64,000 nucleotides of DNA, from the NCBI GenBank assembly GCA_964247055.1, contig OZ176052.1:1240001-1304000 (forward strand), written 5' to 3'. Numbering within the stretch: the stretch's first letter is position 1; each line of letters starts with the position of its first letter. The notes below the pieces were generated by a model that saw nothing but the letters and a program-made list of their open reading frames with translations, did no database searches and was not told the DNA's origin. Made by a program: the position numbers and the translations under genes. The DNA is from Paragordius varius (lineage: Eukaryota > Animalia > Nematomorpha). Positions 37,801 to 52,200 of this stretch are shown piece by piece.

Positions 37801-40800
37801 CCTAAAATATTAACTTACTTGTCCAAGAATCTAAAAATTACATTATAAAAATACTCTTAATTAGGAATATCGAACATTAATCCAATCACCCACCAAACAG
37901 CTAAATATTAACTTACTTGTCCAAAAATCTAAAAATTACATTATAAAAATACTTTTATTTAGGAATATCGAACATTAATATATCACCCACAACACATCTA
38001 AAATATTAACTTACCTGTCCAAGAATCTAAAAATTATATTATAAAAATACTTTTAATAAGGAATATCGAACACTAATCCAATCATCCACCATTTAACATC
38101 TAAAATATTAACTTACCTGACCGAGAATCTATTAATTATATTATAAAATACTTTTAATTAGGAATATCGAACATTAATCCAATCACCCACAACGCACCTA
38201 AAAAATTAACTTACTTGTCCAAATCTAAAAATTACATTATAAAAATACTTTTAATTAGGAATATCGAACATTATTCCAATCACCCGCCAAACACCTAAAA
38301 TATTAGCTTACTTGTCCAAGAATCTAAAAATTACATTATAAAAATACTTTTAATTAGGAATATCGAACATTAATCCAATCACCCACCAAACACCTAAAAT
38401 ATTAATTTACTTGTCCAAGAATCTAAATATTCCATTATAAAAATACTTTTAATTAGGAATATCGAACATTAATCCAATCACCCACCAAACACCTAAAATA
38501 TTAACTTACTTGTCCAAGAATCTAAAAATTACATGATAAAAATACTTTTAATTAGGAATATCGAACAGTAATCCAATCACCCACCAAACACCTAAAATAT
38601 CAACTTACTTGTCCAAGAATCTAAAAATTATATTATAAATACTTTTAATTAGAATATCGAACACTAATCCAATCATCCACCTTTTAACATCTAAAATATT
38701 AACTTACCTGACCGAGAATCTATTAATTATATTATAAAATACTTTTAATTAGGAATATCGAACATTAATCCAATCACCCACAACGCACCTAAAATATTAA
38801 CTTACTTGTCCAAGAATCTAAAAATTACATTATAAAAATACTCTTAATTAGGAATATCGAACATTAATCCAATCACCCACCAAACACCTAAAATATTAAT
38901 TTACTTGTCCAAGAATCTAAATATTCCATTATAAAAATACTTTTAATTAGGAATATCGAACATTAATATATCACCCACAACACATCTAAAATATTAACTT
39001 ACTTGTCCAAGAATCTAAAAATTACATGATAAAAATACTTTTAATTAGGAATATCGAACAGTAATCCAATCACCTACCAAACACCTTAAATATCAACTTA
39101 CTTGTCCAAGAATCTAAAAATTATATTATAAATACTTTTAATTAGAATATCGAACACTAATCCAATCATCCACCTTTTAACATCTAAAATATTAACTTAC
39201 CTGACCGAGAATCTATTAATTATATTATAAAATACTTTTAATTAGGAATATCGAACATTAATCCAATCACCCACAACGCACCTAAAATATTAACTTACTT
39301 GTCCAAGAATCTAAAAATTACATTATAAAAATACTCTTAATTAGGAATATCGAACATTAATCCAATCACCCACCAAACAGCTAAATATTAACTTACTTGT
39401 CCAAAAATCTAAAAATTACATTATAAAAATACTTTTATTTAGGAATATCGAACATTAATCCAATCACCCGCCAAACACCTAAAATATTAGCTTACTTGTC
39501 CAAGAATCTAAAAATTATAAAAATACTTTTAATTAGGAATATCGAACATTTATCCAATCACCCAACAAACACCTAAAATATTAACTTACCTGACCGAGAA
39601 TCTATTAATTATATTATAAAATACTTTTAATTAGGAATATCGAACATTAATCCAATCACCCACCAAACACCTAAAATATTAACTTACTTGTCCAAGAATC
39701 TAAAAATTAGATTATAAAATACTTTTAATTAGGAATATCGAACATTAATCCAATCAACCACCAAACACCTAAAATATTAACTTACTTGTCCAAGAATCTA
39801 AAAATCACATTATAAAATACTTTTAATTAGGAATATCGAACATTTATCCAATCACCCACCAAACACCTAAAATATTAACTTACTAGTCCAAGAATCTAAA
39901 AATAAATTATAAAAATACTTTTAATTAGGAATATCGAACATTACTCCAATCACCAACCAAACACCTAAAATATTAACTTACTTGTCCAAGAATCTAAAAA
40001 TTACATTATAAAAATACTTTTAATTAGGAATATCGAACATTAATCCAATCACCCACCAAACACCTAAAATATTAACTTACTTGTCCAAGAATCTAAAAAT
40101 TACATTATAAAAATACTTTTAATTAGGAATATCGAACATTTATCCAATCACCCACCAAACACCTAAAATATTAACTTACTTGTCCAAGAATCTAAAAATT
40201 AGATTATAAAATACTTTTAATTAGGAATATCGAACATTTATCCAATCACCCACCAAACACCTAAAATATTAACTTACTAGTCCAAGAATCTAAAAAATTA
40301 CATTATTAAATACTTTTAATTAGGAATATCAAACATTAATCCAATCACCCACCAAACACCTAAAATATTAACTTACTTGTCCAAGAATCTAAAAATTACA
40401 TTATAAAAATACTTTTAATTAGGAATATCGAACATTTATCCAATCACCCAATAAACACCTAAAATATTAACTTACTTGTCAAAGAATCTAAAAATTACAT
40501 TATAAAAATACTTTTAATTAGGAATATCGAACATTAATATATCACCCACAACACATCTATATTAACTTACCTGTCCAAGAATCTAATTACATTATTAAAA
40601 TACTTTTAATTAGGAATATCGAACATTAATCCAATCACCCAATAAACACCTAAAATATTAACTTACTTGTCCAAGAATCTAAAAATTATATTATAAAAAT
40701 AGTTTTAATTAGGAATATCGAACATTAATCCAATCACCCAATAAACACCTAAAATATTAACTTACTTGTCCAAGAATCTAAAAATTACATTATAAAAATA

Positions 40801-43800
40801 CTTTTAATAAGGAATATCATACACTAATCCAATCATCCACCGTTTAACATCTAAAATATTAACTTACCTGACCGAGAATCTATTAATTATATTATAAAAT
40901 ACTTTTAATTAGGAATATCGAACATTAATCCAATCACCCACAACGCACCTAAAATATTAACTTACTTGTCCAAGAATCTAAAAATTACATGATAAAAATA
41001 CTTTTAATTAGGAATATCGAACATTAATCCAATCACCCACAACGCACCTAAAAAATTAACTTACTTGTCCAAATCTAAAAATTACATTATAAAAATACTT
41101 TTAATTAGGAATATCGAACATTAATCCAATCACCCGCCAAACACCTAAAATATTAGCTTACTTGTCCAAGAATCTAAAAATTACATTATAAAAATACTTT
41201 TAATTAGGAATATCGAACATTAATCCAATCACCCACCAAACACCTAAAATATTAATTTACTTGTCCAAGAATCTAAATATTCCATTATAAAAATACTTTT
41301 AATTAGGAATATCGAACATTAATCCAATCACCCACCAAACACCTAAAATATTAACTTACTTGTCCAAGAATCTAAAAATTACATGATAAAAATACTTTTA
41401 ATTAGGAATATCGAACATTAATCCAATCACCCACCAAACACCTAAAATATTAACTTACTTGTCCAAGAATCTAAAAATTACATGATAAAAATACTTTTAA
41501 TTAGGAATATCGAACAGTAATCCAATCACCTACCAAACACCTTAAATATTAACTTACTTGTCCAAGAATCTAAAAATTATATTATAAAAATACTTTTAAT
41601 TAGAATATCGAACACTAATCCAATCATCCACCTTTTAACATCTAAAATATTAACTTACCTGACCGAGAATCTATTAATTATATTATAAAATACTTTTAAT
41701 TAGGAATATCGAACATTAATCCAATCACCCACAACGCACCTAAAATATTAACTTACTTGTCCAAGAATCTAAAAATTACATTATAAAAATACTCTTAATT
41801 AGGAATATCGAACATTAATCCAATCACCCACCAAACAGCTAAATATTAACTTACTTGTCCAAAAATCTAAAAATTACATTATAAAAATACTTTTATTTAG
41901 GAATATCGAACATTAATATATCACCCACAACACATCTAAAATATTAACTTACCTGTCCAAGAATCTAAAAATTATATTATAAAAATACTTTTAATAAGGA
42001 ATATCGAACACTAATCCAATCATCCACCATTTAACATCTAAAATATTAACTTACCTGACCGAGAATCTATTAATTATATTATAAAATACTTTTAATTAGG
42101 AATATCGAACATTAATCCAATCACCCACAACGCACCTAAAAAATTAACTTACTTGTCCAAATCTAAAAATTACATTATAAAAATACTTTTAATTAGGAAT
42201 ATCGAACATTAATCCAATCACCCGCCAAACACCTAAAATATTAGCTTACTTGTCCAAGAATCTAAAAATTACATTATAAAAATACTTTTAATTAGGAATA
42301 TCGAACATTAATCCAATCACCCACCAAACACCTAAAATATTAATTTACTTGTCCAAGAATCTAAATATTCCATTATAAAAATACTTTTAATTAGGAATAT
42401 CGAACATTAATCCAATCACCCACCAAACACCTAAAATATTAACTTACTTGTCCAAGAATCTAAAAATTACATGATAAAAATACTTTTAATTAGGAATATC
42501 GAACAGTAATCCAATCACCCACCAAACACCTAAAATATCAACTTACTTGTCCAAGAATCTAAAAATTATATTATAAATACTTTTAATTAGAATATCGAAC
42601 ACTAATCCAATCATCCACCTTTTAACATCTAAAATATTAACTTACCTGACCGAGAATCTATTAATTATATTATAAAATACTTTTAATTAGGAATATCGAA
42701 CATTAATCCAATCACCCACAACGCACCTAAAAAATTAACTTACTTGTCCAAATCTAAAAATTACATTATAAAAATACTTTTAATTAGGAATATCGAACAT
42801 TAATCCAATCACCCGCCAAACACCTAAAATATTAGCTTACTTGTCCAAGAATCTAAAAATTATAAAAATACTTTTAATTAGGAATATCGAACATTTATCC
42901 AATCACCCAACAAACACCTAAAATATTAACTTACTTGTCCAAGAATCTAAAAATTACATGATAAAAATACTTTTAATTAGGAATATCGAACATTAATCCA
43001 ATCACCCACCAAACACCTAAAATATTAACTTACTTGTCCAAGAATCTAAAAATTACATTATAAAAATACTTTTAATTAGGAATATCGAACATTAATATAT
43101 CACCCACAACACATCTAAAATATTAACTTACTTGTCCAAGAATCTAAAAATTACATGATAAAAATACTTTTAATTAGGAATATCGAACAGTAATCCAATC
43201 ACCTACCAAACACCTTAAATATCAACTTACTTGTCCAAGAATCTAAAAATTATATTATAAATACTTTTAATTAGAATATCGAACACTAATCCAATCATCC
43301 ACCTTTTAACATCTAAAATATTAACTTACCTGACCGAGAATCTATTAATTATATTATAAAATACTTTTAATTAGGAATATCGAACATTAATCCAATCACC
43401 CACAACGCACCTAAAATATTAACTTACTTGTCCAAGAATCTAAAAATTACATTATAAAAATACTCTTAATTAGGAATATCGAACATTAATCCAATCACCC
43501 ACCAAACAGCTAAATATTAACTTACTTGTCCAAAAATCTAAAAATTACATTATAAAAATACTTTTATTTAGGAATATCGAACATTAATCCAATCACCCGC
43601 CAAACACCTAAAATATTAGCTTACTTGTCCAAGAATCTAAAAATTATAAAAATACTTTTAATTAGGAATATCGAACATTTATCCAATCACCCAACAAACA
43701 CCTAAAATATTAACTTACTTGTCCAAGAATCTAAAAATTACATGATAAAAATACTTTTAATTAGGAATATCGAACATTAATCCAATCACCCACCAAACAC

Positions 43801-45912
43801 CTAAAATATTAACTTACTTGTCCAAGAATCTAAAAATTACATTATAAAAATACTTTTAATTAGGAATATCGAACATTAATATATCACCCACAACACATCT
43901 AAAATATTAACTTACTTGTCCAAGAATCTAAAAATTACATGATAAAAATACTTTTAATTAGGAATATCGAACAGTAATCCAATCACCTACCAAACACCTT
44001 AAATATCAACTTACTTGTCCAAGAATCTAAAAATTATATTATAAATACTTTTAATTAGAATATCGAACACTAATCCAATCATCCACCTTTTAACATCTAA
44101 AATATTAACTTACCTGACCGAGAATCTATTAATTATATTATAAAATACTTTTAATTAGGAATATCGAACATTAATCCAATCACCCACAACGCACCTAAAA
44201 TATTAACTTACTTGTCCAAGAATCTAAAAATTACATTATAAAAATACTCTTAATTAGGAATATCGAACATTAATCCAATCACCCACCAAACAGCTAAATA
44301 TTAACTTACTTGTCCAAAAATCTAAAAATTACATTATAAAAATACTTTTATTTAGGAATATCGAACATTAATATATCACCCACAACACATCTAAAATATT
44401 AACTTACCTGTCCAAGAATCTAAAAATTACATTATTAAAATACTTTTAATTAGGAATATCGAACATTAATCCAATCTAAACACCTAAAATATTAACTTAC
44501 TTGTCCAAGAATCTAAAAATTATATTATAAAAATACTTTTAATTAGGAATATCGAACATTAATCCAATCACCCAATAAACACCTAAAATATTAACTTACT
44601 TGTCCAAGAATCTAAAAATTACATTATAAAAATACTTTTAATTAGGAATATCGAACATTAATCCAATCACCCACCAAACACCTAAAATATTAATTTACTT
44701 GTCCAAGAATCTAAATATTCCATTATAAAAATACTTTTAATTAGGAATATCGAACATTAATCCAATCACCCACCAAACACCTAAAATATTAACTTACTTG
44801 TCCAAGAATCTAAAAATTACATGATAAAAATACGTTTAATTAGGAATATCGAACATTAATTCAATCACCCACAACGCACCTAAAATATTAACTTACTTGT
44901 CCAAGAATCTAAAAATTACATTATTAAAATACTTTTAATTAGGAATATCGAACATTAATCCAATCACCCAATAAACACCTAAAATATTAACTTACTTGTC
45001 CAAGAATCTAAAAATTACATTATAAAAATACTTTTAATTAGGAACGAATATTAATCCAATCACCCACCAAACACCTAAAATATTAACTTACTTGTCCAAG
45101 AATCTAAAAATTACATTATAAAAATACTTTTAATTAGGAATATCGAACATTAATATATCACCCACAACACATCTAAAATATTAACTTACCTGTCCAAGAA
45201 TCTAAAAATTATATTATAAAAATACTTTTAATAAGGAATATCGAACACTAATCCAATCATCCACCATTTAACATCTAAAATATTAACTTACCTGACCGAG
45301 AATCTATTAATTATATTATAAAATACTTTTAATTAGGAATATCGTACATTAATCCAATCACCCACAACGCACCTAAAAAATTAACTTACTTGTCCAAATC
45401 TAAAAATTACATTATAAAAATACTTTTAATTAGGAATATCGAACATTAATCCAATCACCCGCCAAACACCTAAAATATTAGCTTACTTGTCCAAGAATCT
45501 AAAAATTACATTATAAAAATACTTTTAATTAGGAATATCGAACATTAATCCAATCACCCACCAAACACCTAAAATATTAATTTACTTGTCCAAGAATCTA
45601 AATATTCCATTATAAAAATACTTTTAATTAGGAATATCGAACATTAATCCAATCACCCACCAAACACCTAAAATATTAACTTACTTGTCCAAGAATCTAA
45701 AAATTACATGATAAAATTACTTTTAATTAGGAATATCGAACATTAATCCAATCACCCACCAAACACCTAAAATATTAACTTACTTGTCCAAGAATCTAAA
45801 AATTACATGATAAAAATACTTTTAATTAGGAATATCGAACAGTAATCCAATCACCTACCAAACACCTTAAATATTAACTTACTTGTCCAAGAATCTAAAA
45901 ATTATATTATAA
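31859..45912 (+). repeat. 99-bp tandem satellite with higher-order repeats (left block)
   Basis: Consensus TTAGGAATATCGAACATTAATCCAATCACCCACCAAACACCTAAAATATTAACTTACTTGTCCAAGAATCTAAAAATTACATTATAAAAATACTTTTAA (e.g. copies starting at 34611 and 34710). About 140 monomers; no ORF of 60 aa or more in the track. Confidence 0.98.
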
Positions 45913-48900
45913 TAATAATATAATAATAATAATAATTACATTATATGATATCACTCTTTCGAGCGGTCATATTCGTAAACTATTTCGCCATAGAACCCTG
46001 TCTAAGGCGTCTTCGCGTTTTAGGTTCAGTTTTGCCATGTCCCTCTTAACTGTATCTATCCATCGCGTTTTAGGGCGCCCTTTTCCCCTCTTGCCTTTTA
46101 CAATATAATCATCAATCATTTTACCAATGTAATTTTTATCTCTTCTTTCAACATGTCCAAACCATCTTAAACGATTTACCATCATCTTTTGCGTTACCGA
46201 TTTGATTTCCGTACTTCCTCTTATGTAGACATTCTTCACCTTGTCATTCCTCGTTACACCGCACATCAATCTAAGCATTCTCATTTCAGTAACCTCAAAG
46301 TGTCTCTCTTCTGATTTCTTTATTGCCCATGTCTGTGAGTTGTACATCATTGTTGGTTGTACAACAGCACTGTAAATCTTACCCTTTACTTTTAGGTCAA
46401 TATTTTTGTCGCACAAAACACTTGAGATCTTTTTATAATTTGCCCAACTATTTCGAATTCTTAAATTAATATCAAGTGTTAAAGAACCATCAGCTGCTAA
46501 TATCGCTCCTAAATATCTGCATTCTTCCTGACCTTTTAATACCCACCCTTCTTCTAATTCTATTTCTCGTTTTTTCCCGCCAAAATTTATCAGTTCCGTT
46601 TTCTTTTTGTTAACTTTTAATCCGCATCGTCGTAACACATCGATCCATTTACCCACCGATTCTTTTAATTCATGCAACTCGTCTGACAGCACTATTAGGT
46701 CGTCTGCATAAAGAAAATACCAGCCATCGTGTTGTCCTACTTCTTTTGAAATTTCGTCCATGCATATTATAAATAATAACGGGCTGATTGCAGACCCCTG
46801 ATAGACCCCTTCGTTTATTTTAATAGGACCTGATATTCCCTGGTGTGTTTTAATTTTCGTTTGGTGTGATTCATACATGCTTTTTAAAATCTTTATGTAA
46901 CTTTCAGGGACCTTTTTTCGTCTTAAGCTCCACCATATTGTGCTCCGAGGTATTCTGTCAAATGCCTTTTCAATATCAATACAAATACCATGCAACTCCT
47001 TTTTCATTTCTAAATGCTTCTCGATTAGCCTTCTTACTGCGTGAATTGGATCAATGGTGGATTTTCCTGGAATAAAACCAAATTGATTACCCTCTATACT
47101 AACCATTTTTCTTATTCTTTTCTCTAGTACTTTCTCAAATAACTTCATTGTATGCGACATCAATCTTATCCCTCTGTAATTATTACAATCATTAATATCT
47201 CCTTTACCCTTGAAAATGGGAACAGTGAAACTCTCCTTCCATTCGGTTGGTATCATACCTGTAGTAACTACATTATTAAAAATATCCGCTAAAAATTCAA
47301 TACCTTTCTCTGACAATATTTTCCAACAGTTTATGTTAATATCGTCTGGACCTGCAGCCTTATTTATTGACATCTCTTCTAAACCAGCCTGGACTTCTTC
47401 CCTTGTTATACTTTCAATATGCGCAGATTTATAATCTGGTGTTTCGGGTAAACTTGTTTCACTGACGCCCAATTCAAGTTCCTGGAAATATTCTTTCCAC
47501 CTTTTCAATATTTTCGCTTCCTCAACGAGTAATTTGCCTTTTTTATCTTTAATGGCTGTCGCATAAGGGGGCAAGTCCAGCTTTCTTCTTTGTCTTTGTC
47601 GAGCAATTTTAAAAACTTTGTTTAAACCTTGCTTACTGTTCAACTCTTCATATAATGATGCCGTCTTTTCTTTTTTGACCAATCTTACAAGCCTTTTAAG
47701 TTCCTTATTAATCCTTTTATATTTTTCCTTGTCTTCTGCTTGGTGGGTAAACCTCCACGTTTTAAAAGCTTTTCTTTTCTCTTGCGATTTCAGAATTATT
47801 TTTTCGTCTTTCAGCCATGCCTCTCTATAAACCTGATTTCTGCCACCTTTCATTCCGCACACCTTAACTCCCGCCTCTCTTATATTTTTTGCCACCTGAG
47901 ACCAAACACTTTCTGGATCACTGTTCCTCTCTAGTATGCCTACCGTTTCTACAAATCTTTCTTTACTGTTTCTTAGAGAATCCCATTTAATTACCTTCGG
48001 CGCTATAGGCTTAGGCTTTTTGGCATTTATTGGTATATCTGTCATATATTTACACATAATTAAATTGTGTTGTGTGCTAATCTGCAAGTTAGGTATCACT
48101 TTGCAGTCCAAAACAAACTTTAAAGACTTTCGTGGCACTAGAATATAATCAATTTGTGACTTCTTATTTCCACTTTCGTAGGTAATTAAGTGGCTCTCCC
48201 TTTTCGTAAAAAAAGTATTTGTTATAGCAAAGTTATAAGATTGGGCAAATCTTAATAAACTAGCCCCTTCTTCATTTATAACCCCGTAACCTTTTCCGCC
48301 GTGCCAAGGTTCAAAACCTCTCCTATCTTGTCCCACATGCCCGTTGAAATCACCACAAAATATAATTTCTCTGTCTTTCGTTAATGAAGTCATTTCTGCG
48401 TCTAACAAATCATAAAATTTATCTTTCTCTGGTTTAGTTAAACCTATCTGGGGGGCATAAACGCTAAAGATAGTAAAAACCCTCTTATTTAACAATACGT
48501 CGACACTTATGATTCTACTGTCAGCACGTCTAACCTCAATTACTTGATTGGCAAATCTTGGGCACACTATTATGGCAACCCCACAGTAACCATCCGTAGA
48601 ACCTGAATAAAACATTTTATAATTACCCTCTAACGTCTTAGTACCATTTCCACGGTATCTGGTCTCCTGAATGCACAAAAAATTTACTTTTTTTTACCCT
48701 CATAGTTTCAACTAAATCATATAACTTACTTTTTAACGAACCAACATTTATACTGGCAAAACACATTCTACAACCTTCCTTATCCCTATTGGCCCCTACC
48801 TCCGTGCAGCGACTGGCCGGGTCTGGCCTGCACGCCTTACAAAAAACACTCATAAAAAACAAAAATACAATAAAGAAGAAGAATAATGTAGATAATAAAC

Positions 48901-49287
48901 ACTAAGATATATAGTAACTAATATATAAAGCAACTAAAAAAGAATCAAAAGATTTTAACCAAAAATATAATAATAATAATCTAAAAAAGAATCAAAAATT
49001 TTAACCAAAAATATAATAATAATAATAATTAAAAAAGAAATACATAAATATATATCAATTAGTAAAAATGAAATAAAATAGAATACGAATCCTATTGAAT
49101 TGGAATATTTTTCTAAGGTAATTTCGTGCATTTTTTGAAAGAATGAGAAAAACTGATAAAAGATAGAATAAACTTGGAAAATAAATAGATAACAATGATA
49201 ATTATAATATATGTTATAAGTAATAAGAATTGTATTTGAAGGTGTCGAGCACGCGGGTGTAAAACAGCTGTTTTAAAAAAAAAAAAA
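45913..49287 (-). mobile_element. RTE-clade non-LTR retrotransposon, apparently full length, inserted in the satellite
   Basis: 16-bp TSD AAAAATTATATTATAA at 45897-45912 and 49288-49303. (ATT)n-type 3' tail at ~45913-45937. Single APE+RT ORF and an AT-rich 5' UTR of ~420 bp. Confidence 0.93.
45967..48862 (-). CDS. RTE APE endonuclease / reverse transcriptase polyprotein, interrupted by one frameshift near 48690
   Basis: ORF 45967-48678 has APE motifs (CIQET, VYAPQ, GDFNGHVG, SQIDYIL), RT motifs (KAAGPDDI, QFGF, DIEKAFD, QGSAISPLLF, YADD) and the RTE C-terminus (RLRWFGHVERR...GRPKTRW). The APE N-terminus (FASINVGSLKSKLYDLVETMRVKK) is in the overlapping ORF 48638-48862. Confidence 0.92.
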
Positions 49288-52200
49288 AAAAATTATATTA
49301 TAAAAATACTTTTAATTAGAATATCGAACACTAATCCAATCATCCACCTTTTAACATCTAAAATATTAACTTACCTGACCGAGAATCTATTAATTATATT
49401 ATAAAATACTTTTAATTAGGAATATCGAACATTAATCCAATCACCCACAACGCACCTAAAATATTAACTTACTTGTCCAAGAATCTAAAAATTACATTAT
49501 AAAAATACTCTTAATTAGGAATATCGAACATTAATCCAATCACCCACCAAACAGCTAAATATTAACTTACTTGTCCAAAAATCTAAAAATTACATTATAA
49601 AAATACTTTTATTTAGGAATATCGAACATTAATATATCACCCACAACACATCTAAAATATTAACTTACCTGTCCAAGAATCTAAAAATTATATTATAATA
49701 CTTTTAATAAGGAATATCGAACACTAATCCAATCATCCACCATTTAACATCTAAAATATTAACTTACCTGACCGAGAATCTATTAATTATATTATAAAAT
49801 ACTTTTAATTAGGAATATCGAACATTAATCCAATCACCCACAACGCACCTAAAAAATTAACTTACTTGTCCAAATCTAAAAATTACATTATAAAAATACT
49901 TTTAATTAGGAATATCGAACATTAATCCAATCACCCGCCAAACACCTAAAATATTAGCTTACTTGTCCAAGAATCTAAAAATTACATTATAAAAATACTT
50001 TTAATTAGGAATATCGAACATTTATCCAATCACCCAACAAACACCTAAAATATTAAGTTACTTGTCCAAGAATCTATAAATTATTATAAAATACTTTTAA
50101 TTAGGAATATCGAACATTAATCCAATCACCCAATAAACACCCAAAATATTAACTTACCTGTCCAAGAATCTAAAAATTACATTATAAAAATACTTTTAAT
50201 TAGGAATATCGAACATTAATATATCACCCACAACACATCTAAAATATAAACTTACCTGTCCAAGAATCTAAAAATTACATTATTAAAATACTTTTAATTA
50301 GGAATATCGAACATTAATCCAATCTAAACACCTAAAATATTAACTTACTTGTCCAAGAATCTAAAAATTATATTATAAAAATACTTTTAATTAGGAATAT
50401 CGAACATTAATCCAATGACCCAATAAACACCTAAAATATTAACTTACTTCTCCAAGAATCTAAAAATTACATTATAAAAATACTTTTAATAAGGAATATC
50501 GAACACTAATCCAATCATCCACCATTTAACATCTAAAATATTAACTTACCTGACCGAGAATCTATTAATTATATTATAAAATACTTTTAATTAGGAATAT
50601 CGAACATTAATCCAATCACCCACCAAACACCTAAAATATTAACTTACTTGTCCAAGAATCTAAAAATTAGATTATAAAATACTTTTAATTAGGAATATCG
50701 AACATTAATCCAATCACCCACCAAACAGCTAAATATTAACTTACTTGTCCAAAAATCTAAAAATTACATTATAAAAATACTTTTATTTAGGAATATCGAA
50801 CATTAATATATCACCCACAACACATCTAAAATATTAACTTACCTGTCCAAGAATCTAAAAATTATATTATAAAAATACTTTTAATAAGGAATATCGAACA
50901 CTAATCCAATCATCCACCATTTAACATCTAAAATATTAACTTACCTGACCGAGAATCTATTAATTATATTATAAAATACTTTTAATTAGGAATATCGAAC
51001 ATTAATCCAATCACCCACAACGCACCTAAAAAATTAACTTACTTGTCCAAATCTAAAAATTACATTATAAAAATACTTTTAATTAGGAATATCGAACATT
51101 AATCCAATCACCCGCCAAACACCTAAAATATTAGCTTACTTGTCCAAGAATCTAAAAATTACATTATAAAAATACTTTTAATTAGGAATATCGAACATTT
51201 ATCCAATCACCCAACAAACACCTAAAATATTAAGTTACTTGTCCAAGAATCTATAAATTATTATAAAATACTTTTAATTAGGAATATCGAACATTAATCC
51301 AATCACCCAATAAACACCCAAAATATTAACTTACTTGTCCAAGAATCTAAAAATTACATTATAAAAATACTTTTAATTAGGAATATCGAACATTAATATA
51401 TCACCCACAACACATCTAAAATATTAACTTACCTGTCCAAGAATCTAAAAATTACATTATTAAAATACTTTTAATTAGGAATATCGAACATTAATCCAAT
51501 CTAAACACCTAAAATATTAACTTACTTGTCCAAGAATCTAAAAATTATATTATAAAAATACTTTTAATTAGGAATATCGAACATTAATCCAATCACCCAA
51601 TAAACACCTAAAATATTAACTTACTTCTCCAAGAATCTAAAAATTACATTATAAAAATACTTTTAATAAGGAATATCGAACACTAATCCAATCATCCACC
51701 ATTTAACATCTAAAATATTAACTTACCTGACCGAGAATCTATTAATTATATTATAAAATACTTTTAATTAGGAATATCGAACATTAATCCAATCACCCAC
51801 CAAACACCTAAAATATTAACTTACTTGTCCAAGAATCTAAAAATTAGATTATAAAATACTTTTAATTAGGAATATCGACATTAATCCAATCAACCACCAA
51901 ACACCTAAAATATTAACTTACTTGTCCAAGAATCTAAAAATCACATTATAAAATACTTTTAATTAGGAATATCGAACATTTATCCAATCACCCACCAAAC
52001 ACCTAAAATATTAACTTACTAGTCCAAGAATCTAAAAATAAATTATAAAAATACTTTTAATTAGGAATATCGAACATTACTCCAATCACCAACCAAACAC
52101 CTAAAATATTAACTTACTTGTCCAAGAATCTAAAAATTACATTATAAAAATACTTTTAATTAGGAATATCGAACATTAATCCAATCACCCACCAAACACC

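Noticed and set aside
46866-48148. Five short plus-strand ORFs inside the RTE
   Set aside because: Antisense shadows of the RT ORF with no motifs.
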